A DNA stretch of 64,000 nt, from NCBI GenBank assembly GCA_030704615.1, contig CM060732.1:73532001-73596000 (forward strand), written 5' to 3'. Below the pieces are notes generated by a model. That model saw nothing but the letters and a program-made list of their open reading frames with translations. It was not told where the DNA came from and made no database searches. This DNA is from Takakia lepidozioides (taxonomy: Eukaryota; Plantae; Bryophyta). This document shows positions 50,075-61,575 of this stretch, one piece after another. Numbering within the stretch: the first letter of the stretch is position 1; each line of letters starts with the position of its first letter. Both the position numbers and the translations under genes were made by a program.

Positions 50075-50373
50075 GAGGGCTTTCCAACGGTACCGAAGCA
50101 CCAGGGCTGGCCCGGCGGTTTGGGACATCTCAACGCTACAAAACAAAACACAACACAACAAACAAGCCACAAACCGCTAAAGGCTCTATCCATTGAAACA
50201 ATTTTGACAAGTTGCCAAGTGGTTTATACTTAAGAGCTTTTTTAGACCAATCGTACTCTTGACACGGTGTAAGGTCAGTTGACCACATTTTCTCCATTGA
50301 CTTCAACATGATGCAAAGTCTCTACCCTGAAGGGACAGAGCCAACAAACAAACTACCTTGCTTCATATATTGA
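50075..50373 (-). mobile_element. Helitron-like 5' end (same family as 878-1078)
   Basis: Minus strand A|TCAATATATGAAGCAAGG...TTGTAGCGTTGAGAT...AAACCGC...TTGGAAAGCCCTC, matching 878-975. The 3' end was not located. Confidence 0.5.
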
Positions 50374-51067
50374 TGAATGAGGGCCCCTTCAAATGAAATA
50401 CGCACAATATCACAATATCGATATTATAGCCATCCACTCGCGGTCCAACAGGCTGTTTAATATGTCAGGTCAAGGAAGGAGCGTTGGGCAAAAGACCCTG
50501 CTTCGAAACGCTGGTCCAACATGCTACACAAAATATCCCAGCACGTGAGAAAAGATCCTTTGGACATTCAAATGGATTCTGTTCAATGAAGGGCAATATG
50601 CACATTTTTGACAACCTTAACCTATTAAGTGCAGGTCAAATCAAAAAAACTTATCCTTGTAAGGGTTGTACATTTGGGGACGAAAATGACTAGCTCCAGA
50701 GGATTTTGCCACGACTTATACATATTAGACAATTATAAGAGTGGTTGACTTAAAGCTATCTGAACTGGCTGTGCGAAAATGTCGTAAAGTCATTCGAGAT
50801 ATATGGGGAACTTCGGACCTGTAGGCTACTTATTGTTAAACATAAGTCACACAATCGTTACTGTAAGTCCAGACCTTCTGGAAAAAATTCCGAACAAGGC
50901 TTTGGTGAAATCCAAGACAGTTCCTTCAGGTCCAGTGTTCCAAAGAATTAAGAACTTCTTAACAATCCATTTCAGAGAATCTCCCACACCGCGTCGGTGT
51001 GCCAATTTGAATCCAACTTTGTTGACGGGGTGAACGATACGATGAGATCCACATTACTCACATGATT

Positions 51068-54000
51068 TTAATCCTCCCACTTACAGTACTGCCCCCCTGC
51101 AAGTGCCCGATAGTAGCGATCTGAACAGTAAACTGGCCTGCCATTTGCTGCTGCAGCAGCAGCAGCTGCCAGCTCATCATCATCTAAAACGGCCATAGGT
51201 GGGTTCAATAAATCCCTTTTCCTGCATGGTGCACCCAGGCAAGTGTCAACAAGGTAACTCAGATGGTTGGACCGCAACCTGCAGTTACAAATCTTACCTA
51301 TTATGAGGGCACTTCGTAAGTACCCAGGGCAGGGGCCTATCCTTGCCGTGCAGTATATGGCTCAATGACTACATCAACTTCTCCACACATTTACTTGGGA
51401 GTTAGTCAGGGTGCCAAGGGAAAAAGGACCCACAACATAGAAATTTTTAGCTCTAAACTCTGCAGTGAGACTGGCGGAAGTACAGAAATTTTGAAGCAGA
51501 TTTTTGAAGTATCCCTCTTCTTGAACAACATCGTCATCAGGAGAGAAAATGTCCCAGCTTGATATAATTGAGTAGAATACAGGCTTGGTTATATCAGTTG
51601 GAGCAAACAAAAACAATACCTGAAACCAACTTTGCCCTCTGCAGCATGTACCTCAGAACCGTGCCTGGGAGGTGCAATTCTAACAGCATCAGGTCCCTCT
51701 TGAGTAGGCAACAGCACCACCAGCACGGCTGTTGCAGTAGCTAGGAGCGCTCCGGCCCCTATCAATGTTTGCTTTAGCCGGTTCATCACCGGCTTCACCT
51801 GCTCTCGAACCCACCCTCTCATAAAACTAGTCCGTTGACAAATCAAATCACATTTTCAGCTTCCACTTATTTGTTAAATTGCTTACAAATTTGCACACCC
51901 TTGCACATTTCAAGTTTTTCACTTAGGTTATATTCCATTATGGTGCTAAGGAAAGCCCATGTCACATGGTATTTGTATCCCCAGGCAGGTTGGAGAAGGG
52001 CAATTACTAGGGGTGGGCTAGGCCCCGGGCTGAGATTTCACACCCTCTAGCTATGGCAATATACAAAGCTTCATGGACAGTTAACAAGGTATTGTCAATA
52101 GTCCAAGAACATCCACGAGTGGTGCTCACCCAACTAATGTTTCATACATCCAGACCCCTTTTGACATGCACGTACTAAAAGAACCTGTAACATAAACACC
52201 GATCACTCCAGCATTGTCCATCAATATGAAGCAGTGAATGGAAACCGTCCTTGAGCTGAGCATTGGACAGAGTTAAACCAGACATCCAGTGTAGGGTATG
52301 AAGATAACCTTTTGCCAACAGTTACAGGAATCCACATAACCCATTTGGTAATTAATGAAAAATATACAAGTAGACAGTTAAATGGCTGGGCACACCTCCG
52401 CCAACCCTTTGCCCCAAGGAAAATAGAGTAACAACCGTCACTTCATTTTCATGGGTAGCAGAACAAACTGGGTGGAAAGGAAATTTTGAGTGAGTAATCT
52501 GAACCTGATAGGCACCCAATAATCGATCTCGAGCCAAAATCTGCAACCACCGATCAGAAAAATGCAGCGGTAAAAGGATATTCCGTAGGAGTCTTTCGAG
52601 TCTCAGAGGGGAAAAGTGGAACACTACAGTGGTCAAGAGGAGTTCACGCACCTCTGGCGGCTTCACCCACAGTTGTCCATCATACCATCCTGTCTCCTCA
52701 TAGGGAACTACTGCTGATAGAAGCCTATCTCCAACATAACTCCAACCCTTCCACATACATTGAATCCAGGCCCAAATTCTTCAGTCTCTTGTTGTCTAGA
52801 ACCTCTTGATGCATACTAGAGAACTGAAATGTAGATATGAGGCACTTGTTACTATGAAATATGTCAGGGCATGCTTTTTGAGATCGGTGAGCTGAGAATC
52901 CAAATTAAAATCCATTTGGAGAATTTAAAATGCCAGCTGAAATCCCAAGTCAATCATAGTGGCCTAAAGAGTCACCCTGAATGGCTGTCCATATTATGGA
53001 GGAAGAGGGTACCAAGTACATGCGCAACACCAGCACTGCCACTGCAAACAAGGCACCTGCCCCCCCTGCCAAAAGGAACTTCAATGGCTCCTGCAAATCA
53101 AACCCATAAACAAACCTCAGCACATACATTGCTCCAGGCAGAATGGCAAGTACCTCTGTTCATAATTGAATTACCCAACCTGAGACGAAGGATGATCCCG
53201 TGGTCCTTACCCTGGAGGGTTCAAAGCTTCCAGCAGCAATAGGACCACCAAGCAAAAGGAAGAAGAATAGCCAAAGGCCTCCCAATCGAGCTGTGAACTG
53301 AATGGGGCTCTTCTCTGCCCATGAATACAATACGCCCTCCTTCAAGGCCGCTAACTCATTTACCTGAAGTGCCCCTCATTCCACCACAAAAAGGAAACAC
53401 CTCTTGAGACAGGGACTCATGTGCAAAAGGTAGTGGATACTTCTAGAGTCAAGCAATCCCAGCAAATCCGGAAACAACTATCTCTCTCTCTCTCTCTCTC
53501 TCTCTCCCTCCTGCATTGCTGGAGTAGGTTCAGTATGTTCTTGTAACGGCTCTTAAATCTTGAGGATACTTAATGTGATCCATGGAACTATACTAATCAA
53601 TGGCACTTACAAGGTACATCAATTGCAAATTGTCTTTCCCTGCTGGATGTCTGTTGAAATGGGTAGATCTCGTCGAGATGGATGAATACCTGTTTAAAAC
53701 CTTTTAGTTCACATTGTCAAATAAATAGGTAGGGTGAAGTACTACCTTTGTGAGGGGCTCACTCCAGTAGTATGACTTACCTTGGTATGAACAATTAGTT
53801 TTGGGCTTTCCAGATATCCTCAAGAAAGCCCTTCGCACAAGCATCAATCTCTTGTGTGTGATCAGCCCCAAAGTTGAACCCCAACAGGGCCAGGGCTGTA
53901 GGCTCAGCCTCGAGATATTGAAAGTTGATCAACAGAGGTGCAGGAACCATGTTCTTGATGTTCCTGAAGAGGGTCACTCTCTGGTAAGAATACCCCGGGC

Positions 54001-57000
54001 AATGTATCGGAAAATGGATGTTGTCTTTAGGTTGCCCCCACATCGGACGATTACAATCTCCTTTTCCTCTCTGCATCTGTTTATTGTGCAAAGGTAGGCT
54101 CCCCGCCCTGAGTTTAATTTTAAGTCTAGTGCTGAGGGTAGGGTAGGCCATAGCCTTGTGGCCATAGACGCCCGCCCCAGTTTGGACGGAAACTCATAAT
54201 TGCAGAGTTGTACCCCACTCTTGCAATCAGATATACGGTGCCATTTGGCTCTCCCTAGTATACGTCTATTGGCTGCGTCTATGGTGTTATGGCTAAGCCT
54301 TGGACATGGTACTACAACATAGTACATTAACTCTGGACATAAAGGAGATCTCTATGAGTCACCCTGCCCAGTCTGTAACATGGGCAAGGACCTTAGAGCA
54401 ACTTCCCAAAAAGAGTCACCAAACTAGAGCTAAACTGAAGGAGGGTTCAGGAGCCCCTAACCTTCAGTATAAATGGGTAGTGGTGTTTACTCTTAGCATC
54501 TCTTCTTAACTTTCCAGCTCTCATCTTATGAGCTGCCTTGCCATAGCACATGCTCTCATCTTCTCAAGTTGAAGGGCAGTAGCATATTGCTGATTGTTTA
54601 TCAAGATTCATCAATTTGAGCTTGTTATCTCTGAGAAGTTGTCCCTCAATAGACGATAAGCTATCTTAAGAGTGGAAATCCATTGCAAGTGGGTTGTGAT
54701 TAAAAAGCTTGGTATTCCACAACAGTCACTAACCTATCAATTGTGTGGTTGCTTGTTTCTAGAGGAAATCTGGAAAGCCTAAATTAATTGTTTACATCAT
54801 GGTGAGTCCCACAACTGGAGTGAGCCCCTCACAAGGGTAGTGCCTGTTCCGTCTTGTTCCGCCCAAACTGGGCACAGGATCTATAGGCACAAGGCTGCAG
54901 CAAAACGTCTTCCGAGTACTCTCTCTCTCTCTCTCATCACTTATGTTTTTTTCCTGGACGTCAAAAAGGCTTATGACACAGTGTGGAGAGATGGCCTATG
55001 GTTCCGCCTCTGGTCTTGTGGGATCAAGGGAAAGATGTGGAGAGTTGTCCACAACTTGTATGCTCACACCAAAAGCTGTGTCACTGTTAACGGACAGAAG
55101 TCCAACTTCTTTGACATAGACCAAGGTGTAGCTCAAGGATGTACTCTCTCCCCTCTGCTCTTCAATGTTTTCATCAATCAACTCCTCGAGGATGTGGAAA
55201 GTGAGGGATTTGGGTTAAGGGTGGGTGATACCACCATACCAGCCCTTATGTTTGCGGATGACTTCGCAGGCATAGGGGAGACTCCAACCAATCTCCAGGA
55301 GTTGATTGATTGCGCGAAGAGATACTTTGATCTTTGGGGGCTAGAGGCTAATGTCAGCAAATGTGCAGTGGTAGCATTCAACGACAGAGGAGAGGGAGGA
55401 AGTGATCTTAAGTGGCAGTGGGGTAGCCAAGAGATCCCGGTCCTCCCTTCCTACACTTACCTGGGCGTTGAGTTTTCCTCCAATTGTAATTGGGATGCAC
55501 ATATCCGGAAAGTTGTTCAAACTGGCAAGGGCAAAGCTCTGGGGCTCACTAAATTTTTCCACTGCAGAGGGGTCAACTCCGAGGTTAAGAAAACCATGCT
55601 TTGTTGCGTTATTAGACCTGCCTTGGAGTACGGATCTGCTATATGGGTTGATAACTCCAACCCAGGCTAAGTCTCTAGAATCCATTCAAGTGGGGGTGCT
55701 TAAGGAGTGTATGTCAGCATGCTCCAAAACAGCCAATGTGGCTGTTCGGGGTGAGTTTGGCATTCCGTCCTTAAGCTCCCGACGAGATGAATTCAAGGTC
55801 AGATGGTGGGGTCAGCTGCAACATATGCCCAACACCAGATATCCTAAGTTAATCGACTCTATATCTTGGAAACAGGACCGCCCTGTCAAACAGGCTAAGT
55901 CCTGGCAGAAGAGAGTAGAAGAGATTCTCAAGGACCTGGACCTGGATCCGCAAGTCTTGACCCTGCTGGATAAATCTGACTTAGAGGCTGTAGTGTCCTC
56001 AGCCATGTCTGTTGCCATGAGATTGTCTGATGAAAATGAAGTTAGGCAGAAAACTTCCCTGAACTTGTTTCCAGTCAGTGACATGGGGGAGGACATCTTG
56101 GATGACCTCAAGGGTCTACCCACTCTCGGCACTAGACTGAAATTTAAACTCAGGGCAGGAAACCTACCTTTCAACAGCAAACAGAAGCAGAGAGGAAAGG
56201 GAGAGTGCGATTGCCCGCTGTGTGGGCAGTCTGAAGACAGTATTCACTTTCTGATACACTGTCCGGGGTTCTCTCACCAAAGAGACGCTCTCTTCAATTC
56301 TATCAAGGGAATTGTGCCTGTACCCCTGTTTAACAACTTTGAAAGTCTCGAGGCTGAGCCAAAAGCCCAGGCCCTCCTGAGGCCTAGCTTTTGGGCAAAT
56401 CACACACAGCAGATTGATGCTTGTGTGAAGGGATTTCTAGAGGATATCTGGAAAACCCGGATTAATTCTATATATGATGGTAAGTCACACTACCAACATC
56501 AGCCCCTGACAGAGGTAGGTTCTGTCCCTTTTGTTCCCGCTCAAACTGGGCGTGGGGTCAATGGCCACAAGGCTACGGCAAACAACGTCTTATGAGTACA
56601 ATCTCATCACGGTTCCGCTCAAACTGGGCGCGGGGTCAATGGCCACAAGGCTACGGCAAACAACGTCTTATGAGTACATTCTCTCATCACGGTTCTCAAT
56701 GCAGTTGGCAAGATATTTTGCAGAGTTATAAGTACTCGTCTTGAGGTTGATCTGGAGTCTAGAGGTTGTTTCCATGAAGGCCAAGCCGGCTTTCGGAGAA
56801 ACAGGGGCAGTGTGGATCATAGCTTCACTCTAAGCCAGATTATCCAGAGAAGGCAAAAAGAAGGGAAACCCACTTTTGATTGGATGTCAAAAAAGCTTAT
56901 GACACAGTGTGGAGAGATGGTCTACGGCTGGGACTCTGGTCATCTGGGATCATGGGAAAGATGTGGAGAGTGGTCCATAACTTGTATGCTCACACCATAA

Positions 57001-59081
57001 GCCGTGTCACTGTTAATGGACAGAAGTCTAACTTCTTTGACATATACCAAGGTGTAGCTCAAGGATGTACCCTCTCCCCTCTGCTCTTCAATGCTTTCAT
57101 CAATCAACTCCTCGAGGATGTCGAAAGTGAGGGATTTGGGTTAAGGGTGGGCGATGCCACCATACCAGCCCTTATGTTTGCGGATGACTTCGCAGGCATA
57201 GGGGAGACTCCAATCTTCAGGAGTTGATTGATTGCGCGAAGAGATACTTTGACCTGAAGGCTAGAGGCTAACATCAGTAAATGCACAGTGGTGGCATTCA
57301 ACGACCGAGGGGAGGGAGGAGGCGATCTCAAGTGGCAGTGGGGAAGCCAAGAGATTCCGGTCCTCCCTTCCTACACCCACCTTGGCGTTGAGTTATCCTC
57401 CAACTGTAATTGGGATGCACATATATTCAAAAAGTTGTTCGATCTGGCAAGCACAAAGCGTTGGGTCTCACTAAATTTTTCCACTGCAGAGGGATCAAGT
57501 CAGAAAAACCATGCTTTGCCGTGTTATTAGGCCTGCCTTGTAGTACCCATCTGCAGTGTGGGTTGGTAACTCCAACCAGGCTAAGTCTCTAGAATCCATT
57601 CAAGTGGGGGTGCTTAAGGAGTGCATGTCAGCAAGCTCCAAAACAGCCGTTATGGCTGTTCGGGGTGAATTTGGCATCCCTCCCTTAAGCTCCCGACAAG
57701 ATGGATTCAAGGTCCGATGGTGGGGTCAGCTGCAACGTATGACTAATATCAGACACCCTAAGTTAATTAACTCTATATCTTGGAAGCAGGATCGCCCTGT
57801 CAAACAGGCTAAGTCCTGGCAGAAGAGGGTAGAAGAGATTCTACAGGATCTGAATCTAAGTCTGCGAGTCTTGACCCTACTGGATAAATCTGACTTAGAG
57901 GCTGTAGTGTCCAAAGCCATATCTGTTGCCAAGAAATTGTCTGATGAAAATGAAGTTAGGGAGAAAACTTCCCTGAACTTGTTTCCAGTCTGTGACATGG
58001 GGGAGGCCATCATGGACGACCTCAAGGGTTTACCCACTCTCGGCACTAGACTGAAATTTAAACTCAGGGCGGGAAGCCTACCTTTGAACAGCAAAAAAAA
58101 GCAGAGAGGAAAGGGGGATTGCAAGTACCCGTTGTCTGGGCAACCTGAAGACAATATGAATTTCCTGATTCATTGTCCTGGGTACTCTCACCAGAGAGAC
58201 ATTTTTCAAATCCATTAAGGGAATTGTGCCTGTACCTCTGTTTACCAACTTTGAAAATCGAGCCTGAGCTAAAAGCTCAGGCCCTTTGGGGCCTAGTTAT
58301 TGGGCAAATTACACACAGCAGATTGATGCTTGTGTAAAGGGATTTCTAGAGGATATCTGGAAAACTCGGATCAATTCTGCTAAGATGTTTCTTATTGAAA
58401 CAAGCAAAGTCTAACATTTGAGCTCTCTCTCTCTCATCGAAACAAATGCCACATGACATGACACTGTGCTCGCCTCACAATCCCAACTGACAAGCACAAG
58501 GCAAATTTGTATGGAGTGAGTAGATAAATTTGAATTAAAACGGACCGATATCCATCGGCATAGACGGATATCACATTGTCCCTTCTTCCTATCCCATGAA
58601 AGGTAGGCCAGATTGTGATGGAGAGGCACACACAAGATGAGTGAGAAAGACATACCGGGCGCTGGTCAGCTGGCACCTCAATTTCGAGGGATGAATCCCA
58701 ACCGTCCTCATCACCGTTAGTTCTTCCGCCTCTATCGTTATCATTTGAGAATGCTCGTAAGGCATGCCAAGGCTTTTTTAAAGAGGCCACTTTGTAATGA
58801 CTGAGCAACAGTTGTCTATGTGTTACTTCAACAGTCCACATCGTATGTCTCTTCTTCCTACATACAGTTATATTCCTTTGCCAGCAGCTCGCAACTGGAA
58901 ATCTTGCAGGAACAGCACTGCTCAAGTCTCTCGAGGATTGCCACGAATATGTCTCCATTCGAAGCCCTAATCTCAACATTGCGTGATTCAAGTGACTGGC
59001 TTTCCACAATCTTGGAGTGGCAGACTGTCGGGGCAGGACTGTGTGGACGCTCCGTTGCACGATGAGTGAATGTGAATGCAT
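51068..59081 (-). CDS. CGLD27: CGLD27 / Ycf36-like (DUF1230) plastid protein, 7 exons, 5292-bp intron 1 (53364-58655)
   Basis: EVPADQRP/VNELAALKEGVLYSWA, LVLRMYL/GWSYVGDRLLSAVVPYEETGWYDGQLWVKPPE/ILARDRLLGAYQ/VKPVMNRLKQTL, DDDELAAAAAAAANGRPVYCSDRYYRALAGGQYCKWED*. Confidence 0.93.
53740..54190 (-). mobile_element. Degenerate LINE 3' fragment(s), opposite orientation to the main copies
   Basis: PTLSTRLKIKLRAGSLP...DNIHFPIHCPGY...GFLEDIWK, preceded by another 3'-end piece (CCAAACTGGGGCGGGCGTCTATGGCCACAAGGCTATGGC). Confidence 0.85.
54757..54935 (+). mobile_element. Older LINE 3' end with (CT)n tail
   Basis: TTTCTAGAGGAAATCTGGAAA...GGCACAAGGCTGCAGCAAAACGTCTTCCGAGTAC(TC)n, homologous to 56434-56600. 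Confidence 0.8.
54939..56600 (+). mobile_element. 5'-truncated non-LTR retrotransposon (LINE; RT + C-terminal zinc knuckle), copy A
   Basis: FLDVKKAYDTVWRDGLW, GVAQGCTLSPLLFNVFI, LMFADD, YLGV, CPLCGQSEDSIHFLIHCP, IWKTRIN. A single frameshift near 55660 (extra C relative to copy B). Clade (RTEX-like or L1-like) not settled. Confidence 0.93.
56614..56680 (+). mobile_element. ~65-bp LINE 3'-end mini-insertion
   Basis: Duplicate of 56537-56600, flanked by TCTCATCACGGTT at 56602-56614 and 56682-56694. Confidence 0.8.
56685..58378 (+). mobile_element. Degenerate LINE copy B (multiple frameshifts, 3' end missing)
   Basis: ITVLNAVGKIFCRV...EGQAGFRRNRGSVDH, DVKKAYDTVWRDGL, FADD, ...FLEDIWKTRIN. Collinear with copy A. 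Confidence 0.9.
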
Positions 59082-59133
59082 CGTCGGAGACCAAAAGTTA
59101 GTTTCAGTGTAGAGTAGGAGTAGGTGCCATAGT

Positions 59134-59153
59134 GCCACGTCATTGGCACGTCA
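59134..59153 (-). promoter_or_regulatory. Paired ACGT (bZIP C/G-box-like) elements upstream of CGLD27
   Basis: Minus strand TGACGTGCCAATGACGTGGC, 53-72 bp upstream of the ATG at 59081. Confidence 0.45.
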
Positions 59154-61067
59154 TCAACGTGTAATTTTTTGGAAGCTGCCCGAATTACTTGAAAGGTGTT
59201 GCATTTTTTGGCAACTCGGTCAGACTAATATATGATTGTGTAATTGCAGTTATGTGGTAAGTGTTATGAGTATTTTGGTTTCTGCTCGGATCACACTTCC
59301 CTACAAGATTGATGTGTGTTATAGAAGATTGATGTGTGTTGAGCAGCAGGCTCTGTAAATTCACTGGACGTTAAACAAACTTTAAACATTTTTTCCACAA
59401 GATTTGAAATCTATTCCAGGCCCAGTTGAAACGGTTGATGTTATTGCACCGGAAGCACTTGGCCCGAACTTGGGTGTCACATGTACGCTCGTTTTTGAGG
59501 TGCCAATCTATTGGAAGGAGCAAATTGGCCCTTCTAGATTATAGGTCTGGCCTCTTTCTTGTTATATATATATATATGACGCCAACCGAAGCTAGCACAA
59601 ATAAGAGCCTCTTCCCCTTGCGGGTATTGCTCCCTTTCAGGGATGGGCTCTATCCGCACCGTAACTTGTCACACCGTGGGTGGTTGACCACTTTCAATCT
59701 TACGTTTATTGAGGATTAGGGATGTGAGTGATGTAATAGCTGAGAAGTGCAAGGGTCGTAGTAGAGGTATAGTGTATTTGGGTGGTAGGTTGAGATTATC
59801 TTTCAAATCTTGGATATTATGGGTATGAGCACTGCCCTAACATACGAAATGAGAAGAAATGTTTGGAACTGTACCATAGAAAAGTTTAACCAGCCGAAGT
59901 CTAATAAGCGGGGAATGCTAGATTGTGAGCGCTGGATGGCTTAGGGGTTTTTTATAAAAGGTATTGCACCTATTTCCGCGGATGACACCTATAACCGATG
60001 GTCGAATCATCCGTCGCTCGTATTCCAGCGCTCATTTATCATCCATGGCAACTAGCCCTAGTGCCAGGCAGACATACTATCTCCTCTCGCAAAACATCGC
60101 AAGTTTAGACAGTAGCAATAGAATGGAGAGCACCAAGGGTGTGTTATCCAGGGGTGTGTCGTGGTGACACGCACACCAATTCTATTTGCAGACACATGAT
60201 GAGATGACATAGGGTGCAGGGTAGGAAGGAGAATATGACCACATTGTTGCATTGTCCGGAATAGATGAGAGACGGTCCTGTTGGTGGTGTGCGCCGACGC
60301 TGTGGGTGGTGTGTGGGTATTGTTTTTGAGCTTCAGGGCGTTCCGACGGTGTTCGAGGAACCTGCTATTGAGGCCGATAAGCATTGCAAACTGGCATTTG
60401 TTTTGCACACCACATGTTTGTGGTGACGATTGGACTCATCAGCACACCAGTTTTTCAAACGCTCAAGCCTCTTCTCACCACACGGGCGGCAAAGATTCTT
60501 GAGAAGCCAAAACACACCATTTGGGAAAGTTCTGACAGAAGCAAGAGGAGTCTTAGCAAGAGGAGTGTTTTGCACTGGGAAGTGGTGTGCATTGCCGCAC
60601 ACCGTCTAAAGCCCCGTCACTCCTCTGTTTTATTTTTATTTTTTTTAATTATTTTCCTTGTTAGTTGGGAAAACTGTGTGCATCAACGCACACCATTCTG
60701 CCTGACCCCATTTCCAGACGAAGAGCACACATAACTGCTTTTCATGCCTGCGCATTCAAAGGAACTGATGCGAATGAGACAACAGAATCGGTGTGTGGTG
60801 ACGTACACCATTTCTGCATCATTAAGAATCTCCTTCATTCCTAATCACTGCCTTCGCTTCCACTCAAAGTTTCAAACGAAAAGGAACCTTGACAAGGAGC
60901 AGAGGGTATGCACGTGGTGCCGCAAACCGTTTATGTAGTGTTTTCTAGTACCATTTATGCATTGTATTCAACCCCTTTCAAGGATCATTCATGCTTTGTG
61001 TTCTCGTCTAATTTGCAAACGAATTTGGGCCTTTTGGTGGGGTAGAAACGGTGTGTTTCGACATGCG

Positions 61068-61397
61068 TGTCAAGTTATTTCACCACTAATGTGAAACTAG
61101 CTAGAAAATAGCTAGCTTTTACATATTGACATTTGGGATTGGCCCAAGTGTCAATCTAGGGATCAAGGTAGATTTAGACCCTGGAATGGTTGTCTTCACG
61201 GCAAGCGTGGGAGACTCATATTTCTCGAGTTGAGCCTCACCGCGCCTAGCTATGGCGCCGTAGTGTGGATTCCCCATAGCGTGGGGTGTACATGGCTTGA
61301 CTTGTATTTGAGTGATGAGTTTATATATGCATGAGTTTATACTTTAGCTATGTGAGCTCGCATGAGCTTGTGCTTGTATTCTTCATCTTTATCATTG
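61068..61397 (-). repeat. Partial second copy of the LTR end
   Basis: TGTCAAGTTATTTCACCACTA...CATCTTTATCATT is highly similar to 61576-61904, then diverges. Confidence 0.85.
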
Positions 61398-61575
61398 TGG
61401 TGGACTTGTAACCGCCATAGTGGGCAGCATAGTGGCAGCTTAGTGACTGATTAGTGGCAGCCTAATGGTTAGACTAGTGGTTGGACTAGTGGTATACTAG
61501 TGTGTGGTGTGCACATGTGTTGTGTGGTTTTGGACAACGATGTAGTTGTGTAGCGATATGTATGCGCACGACAGC

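Noticed and set aside
54285-54724. Solo LTR inside CGLD27 intron 1
   Set aside because: TGTTATGG...CCACAACA termini and a TATA motif are suggestive, but there is no TSD and no second copy.
59900-60940. Transposase or gene remnant
   Set aside because: Several short ORFs but no DDE, zinc-finger or other motif could be recognised.
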